Positions 14,688 through 29,758 of a stretch of DNA of 64,000 nt are shown here, piece after piece. Every line of letters begins with the position of its first letter. Position 1 is the first letter of the stretch. Source of the stretch: Octopus sinensis (Eukaryota); assembly GCF_006345805.1 (NCBI RefSeq), contig NC_043003.1, positions 36,580,001 to 36,644,000 of the forward strand. Reading direction: 5' to 3'. The translations under genes were made by a program, and so were the position numbers. The notes under the pieces are model-generated. The model did not search any database and had not been told where the DNA came from. It saw only the letters and a list, made by a program, of their open reading frames with translations.

Positions 14688-16321
14688 CATGTATATATAT
14701 GGGGTGGGGGTGAAATGTACTGATCTGTGGAAGGCCAGAAAAGCAAGTAATCATATATAAATAAATGTTTTAAATGTATCTCACTGAAGGAAACTCGAGC
14801 TTCCTGTAATATATGTTTCTCACAAGGTCTCAATACGGGTGCAAAGTTTTTTTAGTTTATTAAATCAAAATTTCACAACTTGACTTAACTTCACTTTAAC
14901 GAATCGATTGAAATTCAGATTTTACTTGGTGCGATAAGAACTTAGAATGAAACAATATTTTTCTAGATACTTTAAGAATTTTGACACTCTAATGGCATCA
15001 AGTTTCAAAATTTCAACGTTATATTGAAAATTTATTGTACGTATAATTTGATGTCATGTAGAAGCTACCATACTTATTTTCCCCGGAGGGAAAAGCAAAA
15101 TCATCACTGGCACCTCATGGACTAAGTAGGTTACGAAATTTACTGACACCATACATGTGTGCATGTGAGTGTGTGTGCGTGTGTGTGTATGTGTGAGAGA
15201 GTGAGTGTACATCTGTGTTTGTGTCTGTGTTATTTGCGGTACCATTGAAGTCGCCATGCTAAAACATTGATGTCTTAATATTAACGTTGCAAAGCATGCA
15301 ACTCGGCCATATATACTACCATATTTAGACTGTTTCGTAATTTAGTCCTCTTTTGAAAATAAAATTTTATGTACTTATTTAGTTATTCATACACTAATTT
15401 CTTTATCAATATTATTCCTTGTTTAGTATTATTTTCTGTTTTTTTCCTTTTTTTGTTTTCTTTTTCATTTTCACTAATACGATTTGCACAGAAATGCTTT
15501 CAACACCCCGCCCTGGAATAATTTCAAAGAAATTAATGACTTGAAAAATATATAACGCAAAATGCTTCCTTATACTTTCAGCCTAACGTTTAGAAATGGC
15601 AGAGAAAAATGAAATAAATTTTAAAACATGAAACGAAAATTGATAATAGACTTGCCGAAGTCCGAGATCTTTGTAATTAATCATGATAAATTTCTTTCTA
15701 GATTACACGAAAGTGACACAGACATCGTAACAGATTTCGGTGAAAAGAAAATTTAAATATCCAATTAAACTCTTATGATGTACCAGACGTCATGAATTTG
15801 CAACGAGAAGGTAAAAAAAAATAGTGTTTATGAATTACGATGATTGCTATAGGTTTTCAGCAGACTTTTATGTATTTTTCTTATTGCCTGTGTGCTTCTA
15901 TTTTATGTGTATGAATCTGTACACACACGCACACGCTCACAGAGACGTACACACATATGCACGAGCGGACACACACGCAAATGCACACAAACAGGGACGC
16001 ACACACACACACATACACACAAATATGCATATATATGTATATACTTGCATAGATATGTGTAGAGTTAGAGCGTCAAACGTAGGGAGCGAAGGAGTAAGTA
16101 ATTGCGTATGTACATATATATCTGTGCGTTTGTGTGTGTGTGTGTGTGTGTGGTGTGTGTGTACATGTATATAATGTGTATATATAATACATACAGGCAG
16201 TTATAGTCATATTTTACGCATATACATACATTAACATTATTAGTGATGTCTGTATGTGTATATATCAGTATATTTACCTTGTATATATTATAGCCTTATT
16301 ACTTGTTTCATTGTATATATA

Positions 16322-16366
<45 letters not shown>

Positions 16367-16413
16367 GTGCGTGTGTGTGTATGTATATATATATATATAT
16401 ATATATGTATAGT

Positions 16414-16622
16414 ATTTTACTTGTTTCAATCACTTGACTGCGCCCATGCTAGAGCATCGCCTTTAGTCGAAGAAATCGACCCCAGTAGTTATTCTTTGGA
16501 AGCCTAGTATTTATCCTATCGTTTCTCTGGTCGAAGCGATAAGTTACGGGGACGTAAACACTCCAGCATCGGTTGTCAAGCGATGGTTGGGGGACAATAA
16601 CAGGCACACAAATACACACACA

Positions 16623-16661
<39 letters not shown>

Positions 16662-16846
16662 AAACACTATGTATATACACACATGATGGGCTTCATTCAT
16701 TTTCCCTCTACCAAATCCACTCACAAAGCTTTGATCTCTCCGAGGCTATAGTAGAAGACACTCGGTCAACGTGCCATGGAGTGGGACTGAACCCGGAAAC
16801 ATGTGGTTGGGAAGCAAGCTTCTTTCCACACAGCAACGCCCGCGCC
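16414..16846 (-). mobile_element. tRNA-derived SINE family B
   Basis: Minus-strand head with A-box-like TGTGTGG and B-box GGTTCAGTCCC, internal CA repeat; homologous to the 43.8 and 45.1 kb copies. Confidence 0.9.
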
Positions 16847-17449
16847 AATGTGTGTGTGTGTGTTACCCAGGCACGAATATATTTTCACTCAGGCGTATGT
16901 ATAACGGACATAGACGAAAATATCCTAAAACTCATGTAAGTATAGTTACCTATGTATCACCCGCTCGCTCTCTCTCTGTGTCTGTATATACATATATATA
17001 TATATATGCATATGTGTTTGCGCGTGCGTGTGTGTGTACCTACATATATATATAGTCCAGCCGTATTCAAATAATTTTCCTCTTATAACGCTACACCTCT
17101 GATATTAGTTTCGCTGCTAAAAAAATATCACGGTACCCCCTCCACCTTCTTCTTCACAGCTATTTCTCTACTGTGGTGATATCCTTATTTTGATAATGAT
17201 CTAGGAGAATAGTTTTAAACCGACCGTTTATACTTTGTACATTAAATTCTTTCACTCAAACTGCCGGTGGTTTTGTACCTTGCAAGTGCTTCCGTTTTGG
17301 GGAATCAATTTCATTTCTGCGAAAGCCAAGCAGGGTAGTTTTCTGATGTCCACCACTCCCTGAGAACATGCAAAGACAGGTTAATTCGATGAGGTTGAAA
17401 ATGAATGTCTTGCATCAGTCACCGACGATCAACATTCTTTCTGTTGCTT

Positions 17450-18630
17450 TTCTATTTAGTCACAAGGCTACCGCTGTATATTTTGGGCGAAAATCGTGAA
17501 GATTAATTCCTTTGGATTTCTTTCATCCACAGAGCTCCTGGTTTACCTCCTTCACCCCACTACAGATTTTCTCCAGACGGACTCAATATTTTCTTGTGAA
17601 GGAACATCTATAACACTGATTACTTGTCTTGTTTTGTCCTTGTAAAATGTTTCCTGGTTTCGGAAATGATTTTTATTTCAGTTACCCTGCTCCTTTCTTG
17701 CCGTTCATCACTGACAACTTGAAGCTCCTGTTTGAGAATTTCTCTTTTTACTATTTCTGAATACCACTTCTATCTTTTTGGGTTTTTTAGCTTTGTGTTG
17801 GCGAGACCAATTGTAATATACTTGTTTTGCCAACAATAATTGGTGTCACATGGTTTGATAGATTTTTGTGAATCAGCAATTTTTCTTTCTCATTTCAAAA
17901 CACATTATTGGATTTTTTTCATTATTGTTTTGGCTTTGTTTACTCTTGGGTATCTTCTACGTATTTCTTTGCAGTGGTTAACAGAGTGTATAAACAAACG
18001 TTAATCAGTGTGAATGACATTTCATTACATTGTTGCTGTAAATATTTCTCTTCAGTTTCACTAACAGTATTTAGTACCGTCTCCGTTGGTCTTTTGTATA
18101 CTGTGGTAGAGAATAATTACCCTTCGAAAGAGTATTTCAAATTTAAATTAGTTTCTCTTGAAATATTTCATTAAGTTCATTTTTGCTCTGTATATATTCC
18201 TGAATATCTTTGCAATAATCATGAAGATTGTGCCAACTAGTTACTATAGTAATAACTGGAAAGTATCTTGTTGTCTGAGTTTGTGAACTACTGAACTATT
18301 AAGAGACAACATATCTTTAGGAATGTCATTAAATATGGTAACATCTGGTGTTCTACAAGAATCACTGTTCCAGTTTTTGATTATACGTTTTGGACTAAAA
18401 TTAAACCTCCTGTTTAGATAAAGTTACATCACAACCTTCTTCTGGTGGAGAGATAGAGTGGTTGTATAAAGTCAACATAACGTGACAGTCCCGTAGAGGG
18501 AATTACACCACCGCTACATAGCCCTAGGAAGCATAAACGCTTCTTGTCGGCTTTGGCACATTTCCTGTGTCCTTATATTCGCAAAGGGGAGGTAAGCACC
18601 CCCACCAGCTAGGACTAAATTATTATTGAG
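17450..18630 (-). mobile_element. 5' part of a decayed R4/Dong-like LINE
   Basis: Minus-strand remnant NHFRNQETFYK..PSQENIESVWRKS matches the F..NQK.FY..P..E.IE.FW motif preceding the R4-clade RT. The 5' end abuts AATAATAAT. Confidence 0.5.
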
Positions 18631-18849
18631 TTTATATTTCTAACAACTGTTTGTCCAGTGCTTTTGTTTTCGTGTCCAACCATGTAGATTTTAGTCACTT
18701 TCTGCACCGTAAATTCACGTTTCAAAGGAAACTCACTACGATCTTCAATAAAAGGCTTCCCCTGTCAAAGCAAGTGAAGACATATCAGGTATTTTACTGC
18801 ACTGTTAATCGTGGCTTCGATATCGTAATGGTATTCATCGTATTTGGGA

Positions 18850-19420
<571 letters not shown>

Positions 19421-21499
19421 ATGTGTTTATGAATTTTTGTCTACAACAATTTGCGCATTAATTTTACTAAGTATTGATATTTTTGGAATTTCTTTCATTA
19501 AAATTTTGAAGCTGCAACCAGCTGGATGTCTTTTAACGTATAGAATTAAAAATTGAGTTTGTTCGAAGTTATAAATCGTTTTCCTTTTCATGTTAGATGA
19601 ATATAAGGATTCATTTTCCTGTGTATTTCTGTTTATGAGATAGACGTCTGTGTTGAATACATTTTTATTTTGGCGCAGTAATTATTTTCACCTTGTTGAA
19701 GATATCGTTTATTGTAATTGCTTGGCTCCAGGTCATCGCTGATTGAAGAACATAATGATTAAATGCTGTCTCAAAAATAGGGTGACCATTTTATATTTTT
19801 TCAAGTGTAATATCACAAGAATCATTTTATCCAACTTTTTGTTGTTTTAAATATGTCCATTAACAAATCGAAGGATATTTGCTGTTATATTTTGCTAGCC
19901 ATTCCAAAAAACACAGCTACTCTATTCTGTGGTCCTTTCATCCTGTGAGCGTGTATACTGATATTGAAAGAACATCCAAGCCACTACACAATGTATTAGG
20001 AGTAATTTCATTTAGTGATTTAACGATGAATTCGGAATTTTAACTGAAGGCGTTTCCGTTTCCGTACTGAATATTACAGCAGAAGCTACTGGTGTGAGGA
20101 ATTAAAACTAATATCTATTTTGTATAAAATATTCGCAGAAATATTTAATAAAGATAGATATTTTAAGTTGAGGTTGTGGGTCAACACCTTGTGCTTCCAC
20201 ACTTAACGACATTTGTTTTACATTTATATTAAAATAAATGCAATTATAGACATGGTAAACCCCATTTTTGACATTTTGTCCCTAATTTTAACCCCTGTAT
20301 CTTAATTTTATGTACTTCTTATATAAATTTGTAGCGTTCCATTCGCCGACTTGACGTTCCATGACCTTCATAATATTTTGTTCTCGTTTTTATTTTAACA
20401 TTATAATCCTATCATCGTAAACCTCCTTAACTACGGCTGAGTGGATTACAATTCATGACACAATGACAGTAAGTTTAATCCTCTCTAAATCTATTGATTA
20501 TTTTGCGATGGTGTCTGACATAGCCAAGACATTCCTCAAACAAACCCTTTCAGTGTTCATCAGATGTATTTATAGAAGGGATGTAATATTAAAATACTAC
20601 CCGGTATGTCCGAATACGTAAGTAGACCAAAAATATGTAACTGCAGAAATGAAACATAATAAGCGACTTTGGTTCGAGACAAGAGCTTTTCAATTCGTGA
20701 TTTTCTCTTATTTTAAATGTGTTGTGTTGTCTGCTATAACTAAACGTAAATTATGTTAGAACACATGCTGAGAGTCACTGTGAATATCCATTTAAACGCA
20801 GCTTCCTGCCGCGTTGCTTGATGGGATTGCTCACTTTTAAAAGGTTCTCTTTAATAATCAGTATTTTAAAACATTGTAAACAATAGCAGCAAATAAATTG
20901 TTTATGCGAAAATAATTAAAATTTTGGGGAAATTTAATATGGTATTCTTAATCGGAAGAATATTGTAAATTATTTTCGTTCTCATCGTAATCAATATCAT
21001 CGTTATTATAAACTTTACTCTCATCAACATCATTATCAACATCATCATTATTATTATTTAATCATTACTGATATCATAACTTTCGGCAAAAATATTCGTT
21101 TGCATTAATTTCAATTTTATTGCATGTTTTCTCTATTCTACAGACCGTAGCACCATGCACTTTTGATGAATGTGCTATATATATATTTTTTTTTAATTCT
21201 CTTTTATGTATTTAATGTAATTTACGTAATATGTATACGGTGCCAAATAAACTTTAATGTCCTGGGGTCTTTCTTATATATTTATCTACATATATCTATC
21301 CAAAGTATTCGTTATTATAAGAAATATTCCTGTCTACATTTCCAATACTTCTTTACTTGGATAATTTCTCATATCATAAATTATCATTGTAATAAATTGT
21401 TCTTCTCAATGCTCGTACATTTTCATCGTTACTTAATATATTCTACATCATTGTATGCTTTAGATGGATTATAGAATGTAGACTACGATTTTGTACAGG

Positions 21500-23600
21500 A
21501 ATGAAATTATTTAATCTCTTCATTTCATTAAGCTACTCAGGCACAGATGTAAGTTTGCCTTAAAATATCCCTGTTCAGTCTCTCGGTTATTTTCTCGCAG
21601 GAGTTTTCATGCCAGCATTTTATCACAATATACAGCAGCTATATTTTCAACGTATTCCCTGGCTTGATCACAAATTCTTTTGTTTCTCCTTTCTCTTCAC
21701 AGTTATCTGTCGCTTCAGTATCTGATTTTTATATTTTGACTTCCTTGAACATTGAAAAAGTTTCTCTTTTGTGCATGTTTTGTAACTATTAATATCAGTT
21801 TTCTATTTTTAATTATATTATTTTTGTAGTAGTTCTCTATATGATATTGTGCAATAGTTTTCTGCTTATGAATGAATTCCTATTTCCTTGTATTTAGAAT
21901 AATAATTCAATGCCTGCTTTGGGTAATGTATTCTAAATAAATTCTTCTTAGCATCTTTTTCAATGTAAGGTCACAAACCATTTCGAATAAAATACCCCAT
22001 GCATATTACTAGAACAGGCATACTATTATTATCTATTGCGACTATTTTTGTTATTTTTTCGCGTTCAAATCAGTCATAATTTTCCATCCAGTGTATCTGT
22101 AATATTCTTCTCTAACCGTTTTATATTATTGCTCCATACTTTGTTTACACCGATTCTCTTAATTTTGATATTCCGTTTCCCTTATTAAGAATTGTAAGAT
22201 TAATCTTAATGAATTTTCTTCTCTTTATGATGGACTTGAAGCATGTTTACAAATCAATCGATGTACATTCAAAAACTACCAGAAGCAGTGTTTCTATATG
22301 TTTATCAGACAATATATGCAGATGACATGTGTAACCTAGTTCCGTTTGATTTATCATATAGAAAAATGTGTTAGCAGCAAACGAAAAGACAGAAATACTA
22401 AGAAAACTGGCATCCTTTGGGATATTCCTCTTTTAATGGAGGGTGATATTTTTGCTGCATCGGCAGAATACTTTATCATTTACTTTTGACGTGTTTAATG
22501 TAATACATGAACACAATCTACCAGTAGTAAGAGAAAACCTTAAACTAATTAAGCTGGTCAAACTAGTATAAAACTTTCTGCTAATTAATTCATAGCATCA
22601 CCAGACCGTTTCCTCCCTTTCTGCAGTCTTCAGCTATAAATTTAATCATCAGGAAATAAGTTTCATATTTATACAAGTTTTATAGCAAAGTGTCTGCTTT
22701 TTAAGAAATAGACTTTGTTTTCACTGTACATTAAGTTGACATCTGTAACATTATTGTATATAAGAACTAATGGAAAGTATATTACAATTCTGCAGTTTTA
22801 TGTTTTGTCGTGTAAGAAGTAATGAGAATTAAGATGACATTTTTGCCAGAGAGAAAACCAGTGGATTCTTTTCAATTACTTCAATATCTTCGGTAGTACT
22901 TTATGTGTTAATATTGAATATGTGAACTGTAAGTTACTGTCTTATTCATTCCTGTTATTTAATACTTTCCGTCTTGTGCCATATTTGGATCACTTATGTA
23001 GATATGGCCTCCCGTGATGGTGCAAGCCATATGTTAGTTGTTTCAAGCAATAGCCTTCGCGTGATCATTTTACTCTTCTTTACACAACAAAATATTTACT
23101 TCTCTGTTTGTTGGTACTGAATTGATCTTTATTTTTATTTCAACAAGCATTTTGACTAAATCAATTTCAGAGGAGCGCAAACTTTTGTTTAAAGTATCGT
23201 TTTCCTTTTTAAGATCAGCGTATTGTTGACAATTTAGCAAGCATCTATTTTTTTCAGGCGTTAGATTTCGATCTGCGTGTTTTTGTGCCAAGATATTTTT
23301 GTAGTATTCGTCCTATTCTTTGATTTGTGTCATTTTGCCAACGATTTCATTAAGAAATGAAGGATTTATTCTCTAATTTTACAGCCATTTTTGTACCTTT
23401 TATTTTCGACACTTTATAATATTCCTATGTAGTTGATGTCTCTGATAATTCACCTCCCTTCTTAAATATTTTGACTGCTCTATGAAATCTTTTATTTAAC
23501 CAGGTGATATTGATGTCCGTGTCTGTTTTTACTATAACTACAATAGACAAGCTTATTTGTATTATTACTGGTATATTATAGTTCTGATATATCCCTGGAA
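21500..23600 (-). mobile_element. Very old LINE relic (APE endonuclease and possible coiled-coil ORF1 remnant)
   Basis: IMTDLNAK (~22055-22080, GDFNAK-like) on the minus strand; upstream coiled-coil-like ADLKKENDTLNKSL. Boundaries approximate. Confidence 0.35.
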
Positions 23601-25149
23601 ATAGGTTCGTTCATCCACATAAAATCTATTGATTTTTAATTAATTATGTCCACCAAAAATGTTCTTGTTCTGTATTTCCTTCTTTACTATTTTCTATTCT
23701 TAAATCTCTCGTATTTTTATATATTTTTATACATTATTGTTCTGATTCGAATTTTTTTCCCAATATTCAGTAGATTTTTTCTAGAATTTGGTTTTGTTAT
23801 ATATTTGACAGGCTTCACGTGTATCGTCGTGGATTACGCTCTTATTGATATTTTGTATACTTTTGTTATTTGGTGTGTCAGGTTTCCTTATTGTCATTTT
23901 ATTTTTTTCTATTTTCCACTTCTGATGGTCGATGGCACCGAGTATATATCTTCTTAACATAGCTAATACTTTGGTCTGATGTCATGTTATTTTCACACAA
24001 AATTTTACTTAAGAATAGCCGTTTTTTTCTTTAAATTGGTGCCGAGTATAACTGCATAAACATGCATTTAGAAGAAGAACAGAAATGTATTTTTCTCGTG
24101 TTTATTAATATTTTTTTCTCTTTTTGGTGTGCGGGGTGTGAATCTCATGTTTTATTTAAATTCTTGTTCTTTTCTAACGATGATTACTTTTGCATAATAT
24201 ATTTTGTATTTGTGTGCATCAAATTCTATGTAAGCTTTCTTATTTTAATGGTCGAAATTCTAAATATACATGTGGATGTGAAGTGTGTGCCGGTGTATAA
24301 ATATATATATTTATGTACATTTATGCATGTAAAAATATGTGTATGTCTGTATGTATATATGTAATTATGTATGAATGAATGAATGCATGTATGATTATTA
24401 AAGTATGTATGTATGTATGTGCGTATATATGTATGTATGCATGCATGCATGTATGTGTGTATATATGAATGAGTATGTATGTTACACATATGTATATTTA
24501 TAGGTGTGTCCCATCATGTGTTGACGTATTCGTGTTCTAAAATGAACAATATACAATTGGCAACGGAACGCTTTGCATTTCCTATTCTGACGTCCTCAAA
24601 ACACAAAGAATTCTACTATTCCAGTCATTGCTTCAAAAGAAATATATGATAGTTGCTATATATTATTTTTATATTTTGTTATCGACTTCATTAAAATGGT
24701 AAAAGTCAATATATGAATATTCTCCCTCCAACCACTCTTAACGCCGCAAAGTGTTTCAAGCTGTGTGTTTTGGTACTCTTCCACTGTCTATAGTTCTAAT
24801 TAGCACTTCCTGTAAACATGCGTGAGTTATCCAACCTTATTTATCACCAACACATATAACGCTCAACAAACATTCGTCATAGGAAGACGTGCGTTCACAC
24901 ACATATATAAATGCACAATACCACACATAACTATATGTGCATAAACACATGCAGTAACACAAGACATTCCACTCGCACACAAACACACACGTATGTACAT
25001 GTTCATACACGCATATGTGCAGACAGCCGCATTCAACCTACAAAAGGAATTCTTTGATCTGCTTATTAAAACCATGCTATCGATACCTAATGAGACAGAT
25101 TCCTGACATTTGATCAAATCATGTGTAACAAATATCTTTAGATATAAAA

Positions 25150-25189
25150 TGATAATAATAATAATGATAATAACAATAATAATAACAAT

Positions 25190-25244
<55 letters not shown>

Positions 25245-25336
25245 GTAATAGGGACATTAATAATGATAATAAAATGATATTAAATTATCAAAATAGTAAT
25301 GATAATAATAATAATAATAATAATAACAACAACAAC

Positions 25337-25373
<37 letters not shown>

Positions 25374-25512
25374 TCAGCGCTATTTGTAAAGACGTTAATA
25401 TTAGTAGTACTAAATGTATAACATCCTCACATCGCAGTAGTAGTAGCAGCAGCAGCAGTGGTAGTAGTGGTAGTAATAGTCTTAGTAGTAGTAGTAGTAG
25501 TAGTAGTAATGT
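25150..25512. repeat. (AAT)n, (AAC)n and (AGT/AGC)n microsatellites
   Basis: Direct trinucleotide runs. Confidence 0.95.
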
Positions 25513-26974
25513 CACAAATCATAGGAATTATATTATTATTTATAGTTGTTATTGATGTTACTTTAGTTGGCGTTTTTTTTTCTTATTGATATTATTATAA
25601 TCTGGTTTTGGATTTATGCCTATTTTTGGCACAATTATTAATAATACTAGTCGAGAAATCGAAAAAGCATTCATCTTTGCCATCAGTGTGCTCTAATTCT
25701 AAAGCAAATTATATCTAGAGATACAAGATTGATGGTTTTTTGTTGTTTGTCTTTATCTTCTTTCTAGTATTATACAGAGGAACTGCGAGGGTGTTGGAAC
25801 TTTATAAACCGTTTGAGAAGATTGTTATTCATCCCGCTGCTTTAGATTGCTACCTCGTATTCACAGCGTACGCCAGTCCTATTTTTGCACCATCTATGTT
25901 GGACAGAGACGTGGACAGACGTGGATAAAGAAGTAAGATTTGTCTAACATCTTTAATGGTGTTCTTTCATTCATAGTCTTATATATAGTCTCCATTATAT
26001 ATTAAGGGAATAATTAAACGAGTACAGTTATATTTTTTCTCTACGTTATATGAACAGAACGTCTACAGAGGCGTTGTAGAATATATTTCCTGTGCTCTTA
26101 AATGATAATAATTGTAATGATTATAATATTCTTAACAATACTTATTTTATTTCAACGAATATTAATGCTAATAATACCAATAATGAATTTATTTAAAGAT
26201 TCGTTGATTGTAATTAACATCAAAACCACAAATTAAATAAAAGACGGTAATGTTTCTGTTGCCGACACATTGTGTTGGGCCCATCTAGACCATCAGTTCA
26301 GTGTGCATCAGACGATTACAATCGCTCCAAATTAGAAGTATCATTTGATAGGTAGTGCAACTGAATACTAATTTCCTTTCGAGCACCGTCACTAAAAAGA
26401 TACCAGATGGCTCTCGAAGCCCGCTTGGCAGAGAGAACAACATGAGGAGACTACAAACAGGAAATCGTCCATACTTCTGAAGGTATTGCAGTTCGTTACA
26501 GTTCAAAGCTTTTCAAAGAATGCTTCATTGCATACAAATATTTTAGAAGCCACTGATCACTGGTACTTCAAGAAGATTGCCGAGTAAAAAAAAATTATGA
26601 TGAAAGGATAAAGGATAAATTTAACCTGTTTCTGAAAGTAAAACGGTATGTGTATCGAAAGAATTCTTTTAGTGTATGTTATAGTAAAAAGTTTGTAAAA
26701 ACTTTGTGACTCAGTTACTAATTAATATTAGATTTGATCTATTTCCTCTGTGTTGATATAGTGAAGCAAAATTGATTAAGTGAAACAAGACTTAATGAGC
26801 AATTCATTTATACAAAAATGTATGTATAGATAAAATACAATAGCGATAAATCATGTCATAAAACTTAGGGATAGACGTAAGTGATATATAGTGTTAAACA
26901 ATGTCAGATAGAGATATTAGAAATGGTCACATATAAAAGAGAATCTAAAGTACAGCAATTGACGTATTAATCTA

Positions 26975-27110
26975 TTTCATCAGGAAGTGAAATAATTTTC
27001 AAGGCTTGACTGGCTCTTCTTTTACAGGTTCTGAAATGATGAAAGGCAAAAACGACCTCTGCGCAATTTGAGCTCATAAAGTAAAGACGGGCGAAATGCC
27101 ACTAAACAGC
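26975..27110 (-). mobile_element. SINE family A fragment
   Basis: GATGAAAGGCAAAAACGACCTC..ATTTGAGCTCA..GAAATGCC matches the family A core. Confidence 0.6.
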
Positions 27111-27129
27111 ATATACTTCTTACTATATG

Positions 27130-27363
27130 CAGTAATCTTTCGATTATTATCGCGGGTGTTACGTTCCAAACCCCACGTGATAGGTAAAAATCCACGAAGT
27201 AGAAATAGCACTATTCTGTATCCTTTTGTATTACTTTTATAATTTCTATATATATATTTTATTATAAATGCAAAATAACAGCACGTAGTAATCAGTGCAA
27301 TCTTTAATAAACACCAATAGGTGAACCGCGATAGGTGAAGCGCGTTATGGCGAAGTATTATCG
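27130..27363. mobile_element. pogo/Tigger-like MITE
   Basis: Degenerate TIRs CAGTAATCTTTCGA..ATCGCG / CGCGTTATGGCGAAGTATTATCG-TA; related partial copies at 35568 and 40629. Confidence 0.65.
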
Positions 27364-28461
27364 TATATATCTTACTACAAACTCCAAACTAGTCATTGTC
27401 TTTCTGCTTCCTTATATAATTTCTCAGGATCAACATTTGTCTCCAATATTATGTTTGCCAAGATCACTAGCCATTTAACATTCTGGGCAATATTTTGTGA
27501 TTGTTGCATGAAGACACTTATGTATTAAGATTTGTGTATCGATGATATGCTTGATTATATACTTTTGAGTAATATTTCGTGAAACATTTTGCATAATATG
27601 CATCGTATGTAAGTCACTCTCAACTTACTTTTGATTTTCTTTTAAAAGGCTGCATATTGAATACTTTGGTTCCATGTAATTGACACGAAGTGAATATGGA
27701 TCGTCATGTCTTCAAGAACTGCCGCTCTATCCTGGAACAATTTCATTAAATAACAACAACTGTCAGAGGTTGTATTAACAACGTAATCTCTTCGTGGTTG
27801 TTTTTTTTTCCACAAATCTAAATCCACCATTTTTAACGAGAACGTCCATTTTTAGAATATATTCATGTACATTTGTAACAATATAGCAGGGTTACACCTA
27901 AAATATATTTGATGATAGGTATGTTCGATTAGGATCCATCATGGATTCAACAACATCGATTAGCTTGAGTGGTGGATAAATACACAATTATTGAGAGGAT
28001 TTATATGATTGATAATAAGGTATAATTTGTGATCATCCTAATTTCAGTTTGCTCGATATATTGAAAATACCTTTCAGGATAAATAAATGAACATCAAAAG
28101 AACAAACATTTTGCTTAAGGAGGCTGTAGTGAAATGGATAACAGTATATTATAGGAAATACTATTAGATATAATTTCCCTAAGCAGATGATGCTTTTATA
28201 TTTTAAGCAGAAGAACCTATAAAAGCTGGTGTTTGGAGAAATGAAAGAGAAAGTCTAACCTGTATTTTGGAAGACGCTAGTAACACCGTTTTCGGAAGAT
28301 TTCAAAGCAACTTCTTACAATATGAATATACTTAAAATATACATGCATAGTGTTCTATTTAATATTTACATCAAAAACGTATTCGTGGGTTACACACCAC
28401 ACACGTATATATACATGAACATATATATATGTGTGTGTGTGTATGTGCGTCGTGTGAGTGT

Positions 28462-28508
<47 letters not shown>

Positions 28509-28526
28509 ATATATATTCATACATAT

Positions 28527-29070
28527 AAGGAAAATAAGACAAGGTAGAAAATGTTAAAATGATTTTATCATGAAGAACATTTCAGTAACGGTTTCAGTTT
28601 TTGCGACTTTTTCAACTCACAGTAAAGCATGAAAAACAATTAAATTGTGGAAAATTTAACTGAAATGTTTTTAGAAAATAATTCCACAGTGTTCAAATGC
28701 AAGGGTCATTTACCTTTTTTCTATCTGTTTTGTCTCGCTTTTTACTCTTGTGAGGTCTACGTAGTTAGCAGAAGCTAGTTTGATACGAATCTTGTCTTTG
28801 ATTGTTTAGACAAGAATTTATATCAAACTAGCTGCTGTTAACTACCTAGAGCCCACAAGAGTAAAAAAAAGAGACAGAGGCAAAAAAAGGAAAATATCTC
28901 TTGCATTTGAAAGCTATGGAAATATTTTTGAAAAACATTTCATGTAACTTTTCCACAATTCAATTGTTTTTCATGCTCTATGTCGAAAAAGTTGCAAAGG
29001 CTGAGGCCAGTACTAAAATGTTCTTCATGATAATTTTTTTTAGAATTTTCTACCTCTTCTTATTTTCCTT
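28527..29070. mobile_element. ~540-bp imperfect fold-back (palindromic) element, copy 1
   Basis: Ends AAGGAAAATAAGACAAGGTAGAAAAT / ATTTTCTACCTCTTCTTATTTTCCTT. Arms pair inward to a centre at ~28800 (CTTGTCT..AGACAAG); TA-flanked. Confidence 0.9.
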
Positions 29071-29144
29071 ATACATATCAAATCGTGGGTTTGTTTTCCA
29101 TCTTCTGCACATATATATATATATATGTATATATATATACATAC

Positions 29145-29204
<60 letters not shown>

Positions 29205-29211
29205 TACATAT

Positions 29212-29758
29212 AAGGAAAATAAGACAAGGTAGAAAATGTTAAAATGATTTTATCATGAAGAACATTTCAGTAACGGTTTCAGTTTTTGCGACTTTTTCAA
29301 CTCACAGTAAAGCATGAAAAACAATTAAATTGTGGAAAATTTAACTGAAATGTTTTTAGAAAATAATTCCACAGTGTTCAAATGCAAGGGTCATTTACCT
29401 TTTTTCTATCTGTTTTGTCTCGCTTTTTTACTCTTGTGAGGTCTACGTAGTTAGCAGAAGCTAGTTTGATACGAATTCTTGTCTTTGATTGTTTAGACAA
29501 GAATTTATATCAAACTAGCTGCTGTTAACTACCTAGAGCCCACAAGAGTAAAAAAAAGAGACAGAGGCAAAAAAAGGAAAATATCTCTTGCATTTGAAAG
29601 CTATGGAAATATTTTTGAAAAACATTTCATGTAACTTTTCCACAATTCAATTGTTTTTCATGCTCTATGTCGAAAAAGTTGCAAAGGCTGAGGCCAGTAC
29701 TAAAATGTTCTTCATGATAATTTTTTTTTAGAATTTTCTACCTCTTCTTATTTTCCTT
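29212..29758. mobile_element. ~540-bp fold-back element, copy 2 (near-identical tandem duplicate)
   Basis: Same sequence as copy 1 apart from single-base indels, including ~40 bp of right flank. Confidence 0.9.

Noticed and set aside
22594-22642. Minus-strand CTGAAGA..GAAAC-G-GTC hammerhead-like string
   Set aside because: Only 2 bp of stem II, no stem I pairing and no repeat context; compatible with chance.
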